Assembly (NCBI RefSeq): GCF_018350175.1
Contig: NC_058368.1
Location: forward strand, 134,046,001 to 134,110,000
Reading direction: 5' to 3'
From: Felis catus
Taxonomy: Eukaryota
DNA: 64,000 nt
Below, piece by piece: positions 26,837 to 38,700 of this stretch. The notes below the pieces were generated by a model. It worked only from the letters and a program-made list of their open reading frames with translations, was not told the DNA's origin and searched no databases. Both the position numbers and the translations under genes were made by a program. Every line of letters begins with the position of its first letter. Positions within the stretch are counted from its first letter, which is position 1.

Positions 26837-27289
26837 AGGAAGGCAGTTACCTTTTATGAGAATCCAGGGTCTTCTTTCCCTGTATTCTGTGTTTTTAGAG
26901 TTTCTAGAAAGGCAATTCTAGTTTAGAATATCACTACCTCACCATAGCCCCCACCCTGCTCCCAAGCTTTCCACACCTGGCTGAGGCCATGCCACTTAGG
27001 GCAATTTGCCTTTGTATTTTGGGGCCTTTGCTCTCTAATTTTAAAACAAGGGATTGGGTGAGATGGCCTCCAGGGCCACAGCTGGCCCTCTGCTCTGCAT
27101 CTCAAAGGAGAGCTGGTGTCCTAGGTACCTATTCTGGTAAGGCTAACATCCTGAGATGATGATGGTAGAGTTCATGGATCTTTCTCTAAGGCCACAAGCA
27201 CTTCTGCCATCTACCCATTCTGTCTCCATAGTCTTTGTGCATTTTATCCTTCTGCCTTCATCACTGGGTTTCAAGAAGCTCCATTGTCA

Positions 27290-27548
27290 TGTCCCCAGAC
27301 AGGACTTCCTTCAAGTCCAGTGTAACACAGTTTGCTCACTCTCATGTCATCTACTTTCACCTTCACTAGGGCCTAATCGTGCTTGCAATGGTCACATTTC
27401 TTTATTAGTTTACTGTTTATTGTCTGTTTCCCCTTCCAGAAAATAAACCGCCCTGGAGAAAGGACCTTGTCTTTGTCGTTCATTCTTTTAGCTCCCATGC
27501 TTAAAACCAAGCCTGACACATGGTTCTCAATAAATACTGGTTGAATTA
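27290..27548 (+). mobile_element. L2 3' end
   Basis: TTTATTGTCTGTTTCCC...GGACCTTGTCTTTGTCGTTCA...GCCTGACACATGGTTCTCAATAAATACTGGTTGAAT. Confidence 0.75.
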
Positions 27549-27986
27549 TTGCCTCCTATACGAGGGTCCGTGGAAGGTAAAGGGAACAGCAGCCTGGGCA
27601 TCCGTGAGCCGTACCCAATGCCATAGTAAGCAATCAGCTGCCCATGCACCTGCCCTTCTGGGCATAGTATGCTTTCAGGAGCTGGTTTGTTGGGAGCCTA
27701 ATCAAATTAGAGGCATTTCCCCTATTGGTTCCTACATCTGGAGGATGAAACTCATAGAATGAATTCAGGAATACATTCAAGGTAAAGTCAAGGTAAAGTT
27801 TGGGGGATTTTCCAGCAGTAAATTCACAGTCTGCCTGTGAGCAGCAGGGCAGCAAACAGGAGACAGGATGAGCTGGCATAGGACCCCAGGAGCATGGGCA
27901 GTCTTTGTGCCTCTCTGCCTCTGGATGTAGACATGGCTCAGAGTAAATGGTGCTTTATTTAATTGCATAGAATGATTACAACACTT

Positions 27987-28224
27987 GGGGTGCCTGGATG
28001 GCTCAGTTGGTTGTGTGTCTGATTCTTGATCTGGGCTCACATCATGACCACATGGTTCATGGGTTTGAGCCCCATCTTGGACTCTGCAATGATAGTGCAG
28101 AACCAGAACCTGCTTGGGATTCTCTGTCTCCTTCTCTTTCTGCCCCTTCCTTGCTCATGCTCTCTAAATACATAAAATAAAATAAAATAAAATAAAATAA
28201 AATAATCTTTTTTTTTAAAAAAAG
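27987..28224 (+). mobile_element. CanSINE with (TAAAA)n tail
   Basis: GGGGTGCCTGGATGGCTCAG head; perfect TSD GAATGATTACAACACTT at 27970-27986 and 28225-28241. Confidence 0.97.
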
Positions 28225-29809
28225 GAATGATTACAACACTTAAAAGGAAGGGCTTTTAAAGAGATGCCTCCATTCACAAGATGCCCACAGTATACACTTG
28301 GCAGTAAATTTCCAAGGGAGTGTGTGAACATTGGTTTCATAAAATCTTGGTCTTCTTTCCATTATCCATTATCCCTTTAAAAAATATATCTATTCAGTAA
28401 TAGCCAGAAAGTGAAATAAAACCCTGACAATAGAATCTCATTTAGTTTTAAATGGGAGAATAGACTAGCATCCAAACTGCCTTGCAATGAGTTGGAAAGA
28501 GTCAGTTTGGGAGCAGACTGGTCTGCCTTCTTTTCTCACTTCCAGGTGATATGAAATATAAAAGTCAGAACATTGAAGAACTGGTTTTCAGAGTTCCCAG
28601 CTTTTTAAGAAAATGTTCCTTTATTGCCAAACACCTGGTCTGCTGGGTACCAGTAATGTCATTGTACAGCCTACATGGATGTTAGGCACAAAGTTGGGTA
28701 GGCAAATTGAGGGGGGGTCTGTGAAATTGACCAGGTGTTTTGATACTATCCTTAAGCTTCTGGAGAATCACTGAATCCAAATGTCTGATTCAGAAATTAG
28801 AACAAATGTACTCTTAAAAAAATGGGCTTTTATGCATTTTATGCATTATGCATATATATATATATATATATGCATTATGCATATATATAATTCCTTTTCT
28901 TCTTTCAGAACATGAAGGGAATGGCCAAGCAACTGGCTCCCCTTTTTATACCAAGCCATTCCTGGTTACACGAGAGGGCTTCCTACCACCCAGGGGATCC
29001 AACCTGCATGTGATTCGACCTGCGAGCATGTTGGGCGGGGCTTGGCTCGATTCAGAGAATCAGGCTCAGCCTACTCTCCACACAAGGGCCAGTTTATTCG
29101 GCTCCCACTGTTGGCAAAGCAGCAAATTGCTCTTTTGTGGAAGTTGGGGAGGTCACAATTGGCTGTCTGTTTCTTGACGGACACGCTAAGGAGGCAGGGT
29201 GGCCTCTTTACCCCAAGCCCAGGACAAGCATTCAGGAGCTTTGCCTCCTGCTGTCAGCTCTCCCACTAAAGGGCCTTGGCCCTTCTGAGTAGGTCAGCTA
29301 AACCGCCTGTGACTCAGCTCTTTTCTTTGCAAGTTGAGGGTGGTCAGATTAATGTGGGAGCTTTGAGGCTCGTTTGAAAAGTCCTTTGCAAATGCCAGCT
29401 CGTGTAGAATGGCTGTCTAGTGTATGGTTTGGGGACTGACACAGATGTTGGGGAATTTCCCTTTCTTGGCTGGAGTGGTCTTCCATGTAGAAGGCAGGGC
29501 TGGCCTGCTACAGAATTCCCCTCTTCTTTTCCGCTTCCTCTTGGGACCTGACCCCCATGGTTTGGACTCTACCATTGCCACTCAGAGCCCACGAGCCCTA
29601 CCATGTCCTAAGTCTCTTCTCACTCCTCTTTCAGATAAAAACTCACTTTTTCTAAGTGTGAAAGAATTTGAACACACAGTTTACCTAGAAGAAAATTTAG
29701 TAAGTCAAACATCACATGGAATAAATGCAGAGCTTTGAAAATAATTGAGGAAATGAAAATGCAGACAGCTTAAGTTAGCAGAAATAACTTCTCACCCGTA
29801 GTGGGCTAA

Positions 29810-29811
<2 letters not shown>

Positions 29812-29845
<34 letters not shown>
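29812..29845. repeat. (AC)17 microsatellite
   Basis: Direct reading. Confidence 0.97.
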
Positions 29846-29848
<3 letters not shown>

Positions 29849-30804
29849 TAATAGTTACACTCTTGCTTTGAGTAATAGGCTTCCCTCAAAAGAAAGAATG
29901 GTTTGTTAAAAAAAAAAATTCCATAGCAGTGAAGTATATCAATAAATATGTACAAAAGTCAACAACCATCCAAATGATGATCGGTAGAGTAATATAACTC
30001 TGGTTCCCCATCACTGTGAAATGTTAAATTCTGGTGAGGCTCAGAATAGGGAGCCAGATTGAGGGCCTGCTTGGCCACTACTCTAACAAGCCATTGGCCC
30101 TGGTAGGTGGCTGTCACCTTAATAAGGCATATTGTAACAGAAAGATTAAAAATTACTGTTATAAACAACTATTGAAATGTTAATACTTAGGTTCATGCAA
30201 ACATATGATATACGTGACATAATCTTTATTGAAAAATATAAGCAATGATTATAACTGTGTAAACAGATATTTATCATGTCTATATGACTCTCCAGAATGC
30301 ACTCAGAGTGATGAACAATGATGTGAATTTGTTTCCATATTTATTAGAGAACAGGAAGCTTTATGATGACATTGGTAATAAAAAAGCAAACAAAACAAGA
30401 CACCACTGCTTTCCAGTATGTCTCTCCAGGATAGAGAGAGGGATTTTTACTTCTCTCTTTGCCTAGCACTTGGAAGATAGTAAGTGCTCAGCATACGTTG
30501 GCTAAAAGTCGAATGAAATCCAGTCACATTAGGAGCAGGCTTTCTGCCATTGAAGCTGTGCCAAGTATATTGACCAACTAATATACAGCCACACCCCTCC
30601 CTACCTTCCCTACTTAATACTTTTATCCATGTTGGATTCAGATACATCTACAAGGCTCTTAAGAAAGGAATTAAAAACAATATGTCAAGAGTAGAAAAAG
30701 GGCCTGGCTGGTTTTGGTGAGAAAGTCCTTTATTTGCCGTTCAAATTATACAGTGAAGTCAACTGAGTAAATGTCTTCTAGTGGGCCTTGTACTAGTAGA
30801 GCCT

Positions 30805-30837
30805 AGACAAGTCTAGACAAGTCTAGTAGACTTGTCA
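30805..30837. promoter_or_regulatory. Consensus p53/p63/p73 response element (motif match only)
   Basis: AGACAAGTCT AGACAAGTCT = two perfect RRRCWWGYYY half-sites with no spacer; third 9/10 half-site AGACTTGTCA at 30828-30837. Confidence 0.5.
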
Positions 30838-31429
30838 TGATGTCCTGTCATGGCATCTCTTTGTCATGATCTGCCTTGTGATGTCCTGTTATGACTCACA
30901 GGGAATGGAGAGCCATGCCATTGTCTAACTCAGACTTCTGAATGAGCATGATTTTCTCATAACCTCATGTGATAAGCTGAGAGTTTCTTGAAGAAGAAAA
31001 AAAAAGAAGGCATTCATTTTAAAGCAGGAAATAGGATGGCTCTTGAGACTAGAAGAGGGAGGGAGAGATTTTGTCTCTTCTAGGCTCAGAGGTGACATCA
31101 ACATTTTGGGGTTGGAGGGGAGTGCACTTCTCAACATAATATGGTTAGGGATTGAAGTTCCTTCTGTCCCAGCTACTCTGGCGTTGGGGTGAAGGTGTCC
31201 TATTTTCTTGGAAATGGTATGAGTGTGTGCAGGTGTGCATGCACGGGTGCATTGTGTGTGGGTGTGTGTGTGTGCATGTACTGAAAGTATAGTGTAACAC
31301 ACTACAGTAGTGTTGGGAGCCCTGGTTACAATGCTGTAGAGTAAACAGAGCTGGTGTAGCATGTAGGGAGAGAGATTTCCTCCATTTACTGAGAAACCAA
31401 GATGTTTCACTTTAATCAGCGGAGGTGGA

Positions 31430-31915
31430 ATCTTAGCCCAGATTTACTAGAAATTAGCTTGAGGGAAAAGTTTTGTGCTTTATGGGCAGGGCACCATTTC
31501 AGGGAAGCAAGAGTGAGGACCTAAGAAGTTGTGAGGCAGGGAGGGAGGGAGGGAGAGAAAGATACAAGGGGCTGTGTTACAGATCAGAGAGCAGCTCCAC
31601 GCACTAAGCTCCAAGCACAGGTGACTTCTCCATCACATGTGATGTCTTCAAAGCAACCTTATGAATGGGCATCTCAGAACTGCTCACCCCCTGCACTTCT
31701 TGTGTAACTGGTCATGATGGGAAACAGCTGGAGCAGCCAGTGCTTCTGGGGGTACAGCCATCCAGTGCAGGAGTCTCTCCTTGCTGGTTTTGGCATGGAG
31801 GCCTGTTGGTCATGGTGGTGACAATAGCACCAGTAGGGGCAGATGTTGCACTTATGGGGACATGGCTGAGGCTCTGTGGCTAGAAACCAATGGACAAGAC
31901 ATGTGTCTAAGACCT
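31430..31915 (-). mobile_element. LTR33/LTR16-like (ERVL) solo LTR
   Basis: CAGGGAAGCAAGAGTGAGG...GTGAGGCAGGGAGGGAGG...ATACAAGGGGCTGTGTTA matches recalled antisense LTR33/LTR16 motif. Confidence 0.55.
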
Positions 31916-32485
31916 CAGACTTGAGCGGCACAGACAGGCTAGCGCTGCTGGGCACATGTTTGGATTACTGCAGCTCCTCAAGACCTTTATCTTGCATCAA
32001 GCTGTCGGGATGCCCATTGTCATGCTTAGTTCTGGCATTGTTATAGCAGTTGGCAGAGATTCTGCTGAGCTATTTCAATAACACGAAGTAATGGTTCCGG
32101 CAATGGCAGCAGCAGACAAGTTGGCCATTCCATGGAGGATGCAAAGATTGATTTGGGGATTTTCTTTCCATGGGGTGATTATCAGGACTAATTCCCTGCT
32201 GGGTAAGCATTTTTAGCATTTTGGGCTTATCCCAGGTAGAGGAGACAGTCACTCATTCCTCATAAGGAAACTTGAAGTCATTCAATTAGAATACTTAAAG
32301 ATAAGTGATCTGGTTTTTATCTCCCCACACAGTGGAAAGGGACCTATCCAAGATTAGCAATCATCCCCAGAGCTTGATCACATTAGTCTTGAAGAGGAAT
32401 TCCCTTGTCAAGGTAAAAAGAGGGAATATAGAAGGTGGAAGAATAAAGGAAAGGGGACTTACTATTTAAATGTTCCATGGTAGCA

Positions 32486-32681
32486 GGGGCGCCTGGGTGG
32501 CTCAGTTGGTTTGGTGTCTGACTCTTGACTTTGGCTCAGTTCGTGATCCCAGGGTCCTGGGATCGAGCCCCGTGTCATACTCCCTGCTGAGCATGCAGCC
32601 TGCTTGAAATTCTCCCTCTCCTTCCCTCTGCCATCTCCCCTGCTCAGATGCTCATTCTGTCTAAAAAAAAAAAAAAAAAAA
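32486..32681 (+). mobile_element. CanSINE, older pan-carnivore-type subfamily
   Basis: Contains GGGTCCTGGGATCGAGCCCC...CTCCCTGCTGAGC rather than the felid TGAGTTCGAGCCCC...GCTCTGTGCTGACAG; degenerate TSD TGTTCCATGGTAG/TGTTCCTTGGTAG. Confidence 0.9.
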
Positions 32682-33008
32682 GTCAGTGTTCCTTGGTAGT
32701 GATTGTGTTTACATCGGTACAAATGTGATAGCACAAATGAGTTATGAGTTGTGAGGGCTCAGCACATGTATTGAGACATAGGCGTTCCAAGTGTTCAGCT
32801 TTTAGCAGCAGCACACGCAATATATCTGAGTCAGGAGCCCTGGGATCCATACCCTTCCCATCTGTAATGTCTTAGTTCACATGACCATGCTATTTTTGGG
32901 GATAAGTAATAATTGACTGTGGAAAACTTGAATGGCAAAATATCATATGTGAATGACAATGACCTTTTCTCAGTCACCAATAAATATTTACTAAGCACTA
33001 AATTCAGG

Positions 33009-33245
33009 TTTTTTTAACTTTCTTTCTTTTTTTTAATTTTTTTTAATGTTTATTTATTTTTGAGAAGAGAGAGACAGAGCATGAGTGGGGGAGGAGAGAG
33101 AAAGAGGGAGACACAGAATCCGAAACAGGCTGCAGGCTCTGAGCTGTCAGCACAGAACCTGAAGCAGGGCTTGAACTCACGGACCGCGAGATCATGACCT
33201 GAGATGAAGTTGGATGCTTAACTGACTGAGCCACCCAGGCGCCTT
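33009..33245 (-). mobile_element. CanSINE (felid type)
   Basis: Ends CTTAACTGACTGAGCCACCCAGGCGCC; TSD GCACTAAATTCA at 32995-33006 and 33246-33257. Confidence 0.97.
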
Positions 33246-35049
33246 GCACTAAATTCACTTTTAAATGGCCTTCGGTTTTAGACCCAAACCAGGGGTTTCA
33301 TCTTGGTGTTATATTTTTAAACTTTGAGGTTAGATTCAATCAATGAACTTTTCATTTAGAGAATCTGACATTTCTCTCATGAGCACAATCAGTTAAATAT
33401 AAGATAGCAAAATTAAATTCTTACATGTCAGATGCTTTCCATCTTGAAGACTAGGTTTGCTTTCCTGGTTTATGAGGCCACCAGATCTTCTCATGTGTTT
33501 AAGTGGCCTAGTCATCTTGGTGAATTTATAGCTGTGGCTACTTGAGAAAATGATAGCATTAGGCCACAAAATGAATAATTGATATGAAATGTGTATTGAT
33601 TAGGACCCAATCAATGAAGAATGAGAAAATTAATGTTTTTGTGTGTGTAGAAGGAGTTTCATATTATTTGGAGATGGAATAATATATCTCTGGGTTTTGT
33701 TTGCTTTCTTATTTTTCCATGCCTACATATGATCAGCACTTACTTTCTTAGTATCCTATGGTAATTTATCACATCCTGTTTCATTTTAAGGCTGTTCATT
33801 TTACATCACTCATTTTTTTTCTCCTAGGTTTTAAGCTCTAAGAAGTCCATGATTATAGCCCAATTTCCGCTGTAGCCCTCACACAGTTCTAAATTTAATA
33901 ATTTGAGAGTTTTGGTTGTATAAGAACTGACATTTCTAGTAAATTCTCCAGAATTGGCTAAGGACGTGTTTAAATCACCACAGAACTCTGTAGCCTTTTA
34001 AAAGTATTCTGACACCTTGCCTTGAATCACATCTCATTGAAGATTCTTGTAAATTATTTCCGAGCAGGTGAACATTTTTGAGTGTCACATGTGAGGAATC
34101 ATCTGGGAAAGACATTGACTTAGCACTTCTCAGTGCTACCAGAGGTACATTCCCAGGTTGCCTCATTCCAGAGCACATTGATAATGTCTGCTAATGTCTT
34201 AGATCTTTGAGGAAAGCATAACCCTGTGCATACCTGCTTCCTCTGAGCAGACTTCTTTATTTGCTTGGCAAACACTGGTTCTTGTGCTACCCTGAAAACT
34301 AGGCTGAGCCCAGGTATCTGACAGAGAGGGTTCAGAAATGCTTCTGGAAAGAAAAACAGAATATCCAGATGGCCTTGAGCCAAGTTTTAGGTTGAGAAGT
34401 ACTGCTACTCTTTTGATCTTGCATGTTCAGCACCAGCTTTTCTATGGTAGGCTTCTGGTAAAGGTCCTGGGTACTGTTAGCGCCTGTGACCTTCCAAAGT
34501 CATGGTAAGAGATAAGACTTTGTAGAGAGACAGCGTTGTGGAATTCAGACCGAAGACTTTTAAAGTAGTTCTTACACGTTCTGGGCAGTCATCTCTGTTT
34601 GTTTGGTTTTGTTTCTCGTGGTTGTTTTGAGCCACGAGTCCCCAGATACTCAGCTAGGCATTAAAGGTGGTACTGGACAAGGTAGAATTGGACACCCAGG
34701 TGACCTCTCAGCCCACTGGAGTCTTGGATGGGCAGGAAGAAGGCGGCTGTATTATCACCAACAGATCCAACCTCTAGGGGGGGTGGTGGTATAGGGACAT
34801 GTGTGACCACATGGTACTACTTTTCTTCTTCTTTCAACTTTGAGCTCTCCAAACCCTTTTGAAGGATAGCCCAGTGAGTTCCTCTCTAGGGTTTTGAGAA
34901 AAGCGTCCCAGAGGAAACTGTGCACTTCAACCATGCCCCCTTGAAGAAAAGAAAAATGCACCCTCCAGCCATGGCAGCAGCGTGAGCACTTACCACAGCA
35001 GCCTTTGCAGGGGTCTTAATCAGCACTCCCCATTTGGGGAACCCGCCCC

Positions 35050-35720
35050 TGCAAGTAGGCTCCCCACCCCCCACCCTGCCATGTCATGAATATGCATGAA
35101 TTTGGCTATAATTAGGTCACAAAGCAGATGTTATTAATCATATCATTACCAGGGGAAATGATCTATGGTACCATATAACTACTGTACAAAGTCTCATCCG
35201 CACTTGGAGCTTCTTGCTTTCATTTACAAAGAGATTGTAAAGGAAAGCCTAGTATGAAAGCTAAAATACCTGCTTTCTGTTTAAAACAGGGTTCTCGCAG
35301 GAGCAGACGTTATCTGGCACGGGAGGGCTTGCTTTCTCGTGCCAACGATGATTAAACAGCAGCAGCTAGAAAACAGCGCCGATACCCAGTGCCCACTGCC
35401 GTTTCTCATTATTGTCGGAATGTCTTCAATTGCCCAGGGGTGTATTTTTTTCCTTGTTGCTATTGGTTTAATTATGGCAATGCCATCCTATGGGAGAGAA
35501 CTAATTAACCTTCTGTCAAGAAATCAACTCTCCTATATTGTATGTGACATTAATGGCTCTGTGTGTTTCAGGGCAATTTTTTAAAGGTACTTTTCTGTTT
35601 TGTTGTTACTGTTGACACCTTGAGAGCAAACAGTTTTCTAGCAAATACAGATGTATGCAACTCTCTGAACTTTCTGTGGGTATTGTATTGCTGTTAATAA
35701 TTAGAAGTAAAATGATGGCA
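35050..35720. promoter_or_regulatory. Candidate conserved non-coding element
   Basis: No recognisable repeat, retained CpGs, POU-like ATGAATATGCAT, several TAATTA/ATTAAT homeodomain cores; conservation not verified. Confidence 0.45.
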
Positions 35721-38700
35721 CACAGAGGGTAATTTAGTAAACCAGAAAAAATTTCTCACAGGAGCATTTACTACCTGAAGTAAGTAGAAAGGAGAACTGG
35801 AAGTGAGGAGGGAGAGGGAGGGGATAAGAAGGGGCAGGAAGCTAACATTCACTGGGTCCCTGACACATATAAGGCAGTTCAGAGCTCCCCAAAGTGGGAT
35901 TTATTCTTCTCGTTGTAGTGATGAGAAAAGTCAAGGTTCTCAGAGGTTGTAAAAGTAAAACAGAGCCAGTGGTCACACTGAGATTGGCATGATTTCAAAG
36001 CCTGGGCTTTTTGTAGAGAAGCAAGGAACAGTCCTGCCGCGCATGATACCTTCCCAGGCATTTTTCTGTCTGTGATAGCCCTCACTGTTCCCAGCCGTCC
36101 AGTGTGTGGCTTCCCTTATTGTAGCAAATATTGAGGTCTTTATGTGATGAACTGTTTTAACTTTATTCCCAAATCTATTTGATATCACGTCTTGTTTTTT
36201 TTCTGTCTTTTCTCAGTCCCATTTCTTATGCCATCTTTACATTCACAGTGGTTGTCTTAACTCCTTTCTGAAAGAGCATGAGATGTAAGGAAATAAAAAT
36301 AACGCTCACAGTTACCCACCATGATAAATGTAGTCATTCTCTTTATCTGAGAGAAGTCAGTTGCCTAGATCCCACACCTAGAGGAATTGGGCCCTGACCC
36401 TAGTTCTTTTGGTCCCATGCTTGTTTCACCACACCGCGTGGCTGATTTTTAAACTTACTGATGATGGAGGAGGTAGCACCAGAATCAAGGCTATATTGAA
36501 TACATAGCTTATACTGAGGGGTGGAAGAATAACGCGGTCTTTGATGAAAAAGAAAACAAACCAGAAGGAGCATTTTTCACCTGTGTGGTGAACCAAAAGC
36601 TAAACTGGACATAGACTATTATTAGAATGTTTCTGTAGATCCAAATACATTAATTTTTGTGAACTAGTTTTGTTGTTTGAGTCTATTAATTCACACAAGT
36701 ATAGGAATAGTTTACATACCCGAGTTGGTGACCAAGATCTTTCTTTAGTAGACTCTTGAGTGTGACTCCGTCCCCATGAGAACACTTACTAAATATTTAC
36801 CTTGGATCTTCTGAATACAAGGCGCTTTATATAATTTAGAGACACAGCGTCTTCTCTGTTGAGGTTAAAAAATAATAGTAGATTTGCATCTCTTGTTAAG
36901 AAGGTAATGCACAAATAAGTGCTACTTCTTAACAGGTAACACTTGAATCCACATCTGTATATAAATAGCCTTCCTTTTCAATGTTTGAGACCTCTGGAAA
37001 AAACCTCAGAGATAAAGTCAATCCCACCTCCTCCTGCTGTGTACATGAGAAAACTAAAGCAGAGAGAAGGAAGGTGTTTTGTGTAGAGTTACCCACTAGG
37101 CGATAGCCTCTTGTGAAGACTGGACTTACCTTGTAGACATTTTTCAACAAATTCCTACACTACAAATCCATATGGATCTTGTCAGTTGCTTCACTGTGGG
37201 AAAATCAAGGAGAGCTGACCTGCTGCTTAAGGTGACATTTCTCTAGCAGTGTCCCCAGCTAGTCCTTGGGTGACTTTTCCTGTCCTAGTTCAGTCATAAA
37301 ACAAATGTCACTCGTCCCTCCCACCTAAGAAGCTGAAAGCTGTGGAAGAAGTAGCTTCTGAGTCTTGGAGGCGATGCCTGATAATCACGTATCTCCCTTT
37401 CTAAGAGGAAGTAATGCTGAAGTGACTCGGTGAGATTTCAGGACATTGAAGGAGCCACGTTTTCTAGTGGGAAAAGCATCACACGTGGGCATAGCTGTCT
37501 GCTGCTTCCTCCATGTGAATGATGTTTAGAACAAGAGCTTATTCCTAGATTTGTTTCTCTTGCTCTTCTGTCACCATGTTGCCAGGTAAGTGGGATCTTT
37601 TCCCTCTTCTCACAGAAACGTTTAAGTATTAGAAAGTTTTCATGACATTTAACCTGGTGGCTGGCAAGGAGAGGCCATCCTGCAGTCTTCAGACTCTGTT
37701 ACGAGTCTTGTCATGTCTACCAGGGGACTCTGTGGGTAATGTGCACCTGGCAAGTAGTAAGGTGGAGTTTTATTTCCGGTTTTCCATTGTCCCATGTACA
37801 CATCTGCCATAGGAAAGCACAGAGCTGGAGGTAAGGGATAGGGTGGGGTGGGGGATGAGAATGAGGAGCAGTGCTTACTGGGCCAAGGCGGAATTGGAAC
37901 CTTTCTGTATTATTCTGGCTGTATTGCCATTCACTGTCTCATCTTGCTCTCTCACATAGCTCCCCTTGGATGCAAATTAGGAAGCATATCTCCTGGGGAA
38001 CTGCACTCAGAAAGGGCAGTCTCAGGATGGAGACAGCAGTGAGAATGTGAAAAAAAAAAAAAGAAAGAAAAAAAAGAAATGAGAGACCAGAGAGAGCCCC
38101 CTCTGTGTGAGCCCAGGATAGACACTGGTTTGAAATCTGCCCCATTTCTGGATCTTCTAGTAATTGATTTAAAAAATGTCCTCTCTCAGCCATTTTGGGC
38201 TGGGGTTGCTGTTAACTGCACCTGAAATGACTGTAAACCTGTTGACGTGATTTCCAAGGTAGGGAAGTGTGGAGGAGGAGAGGAAAGGAGGAGGGCAAAG
38301 CACGTGCTCAGCGCATGGCCAGACACAGAGAAACTTTGCTCATTTCGCATTCTGTCTACAGATGATCTTCATTCCAACTGGCCCGCTCTCCCACCCCTCT
38401 CTCTTCTTCCTCTTTATCTCCCTCCTTTCATGTTCTCTGTCCCTTTCACTTTCAGTCTCTCACTCTTCTGTCTTCCAAAGTGTTTTCAGGGGCAATATGG
38501 GTTAATGACAGTGTCTTTCACTTTCATGGAAAACGGTGCTGAGTTCAGGTCCCTATGTTAGCAGTCCTGGGATGTGACCTTTTATCTATGACACTGAAGC
38601 ACTCACAATCTTGGTTACCTGTGTGTAAAAGAAAGATAATCCCTGTCTCACAGAAAAAGTGGGGAGTTGAATAAAACAAGCACATGCAATTCGTAGCCCC

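Noticed and set aside
28520..28690. Good acceptor CTTTTCTCACTTCCAG followed by a ~45-codon open frame
   Set aside because: No strong donor and peptide unrecognisable; acceptors of this strength are common in introns.
30925..31410. 161-aa ORF on -
   Set aside because: Kept open by (CA)-rich and poly-T low-complexity sequence; no homology.
37596..37836. Acceptor CTTCTCACAG (37615) to donor GAG|GTAAGG (37830)
   Set aside because: Acceptor is only 30 nt from the upstream donor and the interval has no recognisable coding content; cannot be supported beyond motif chance.
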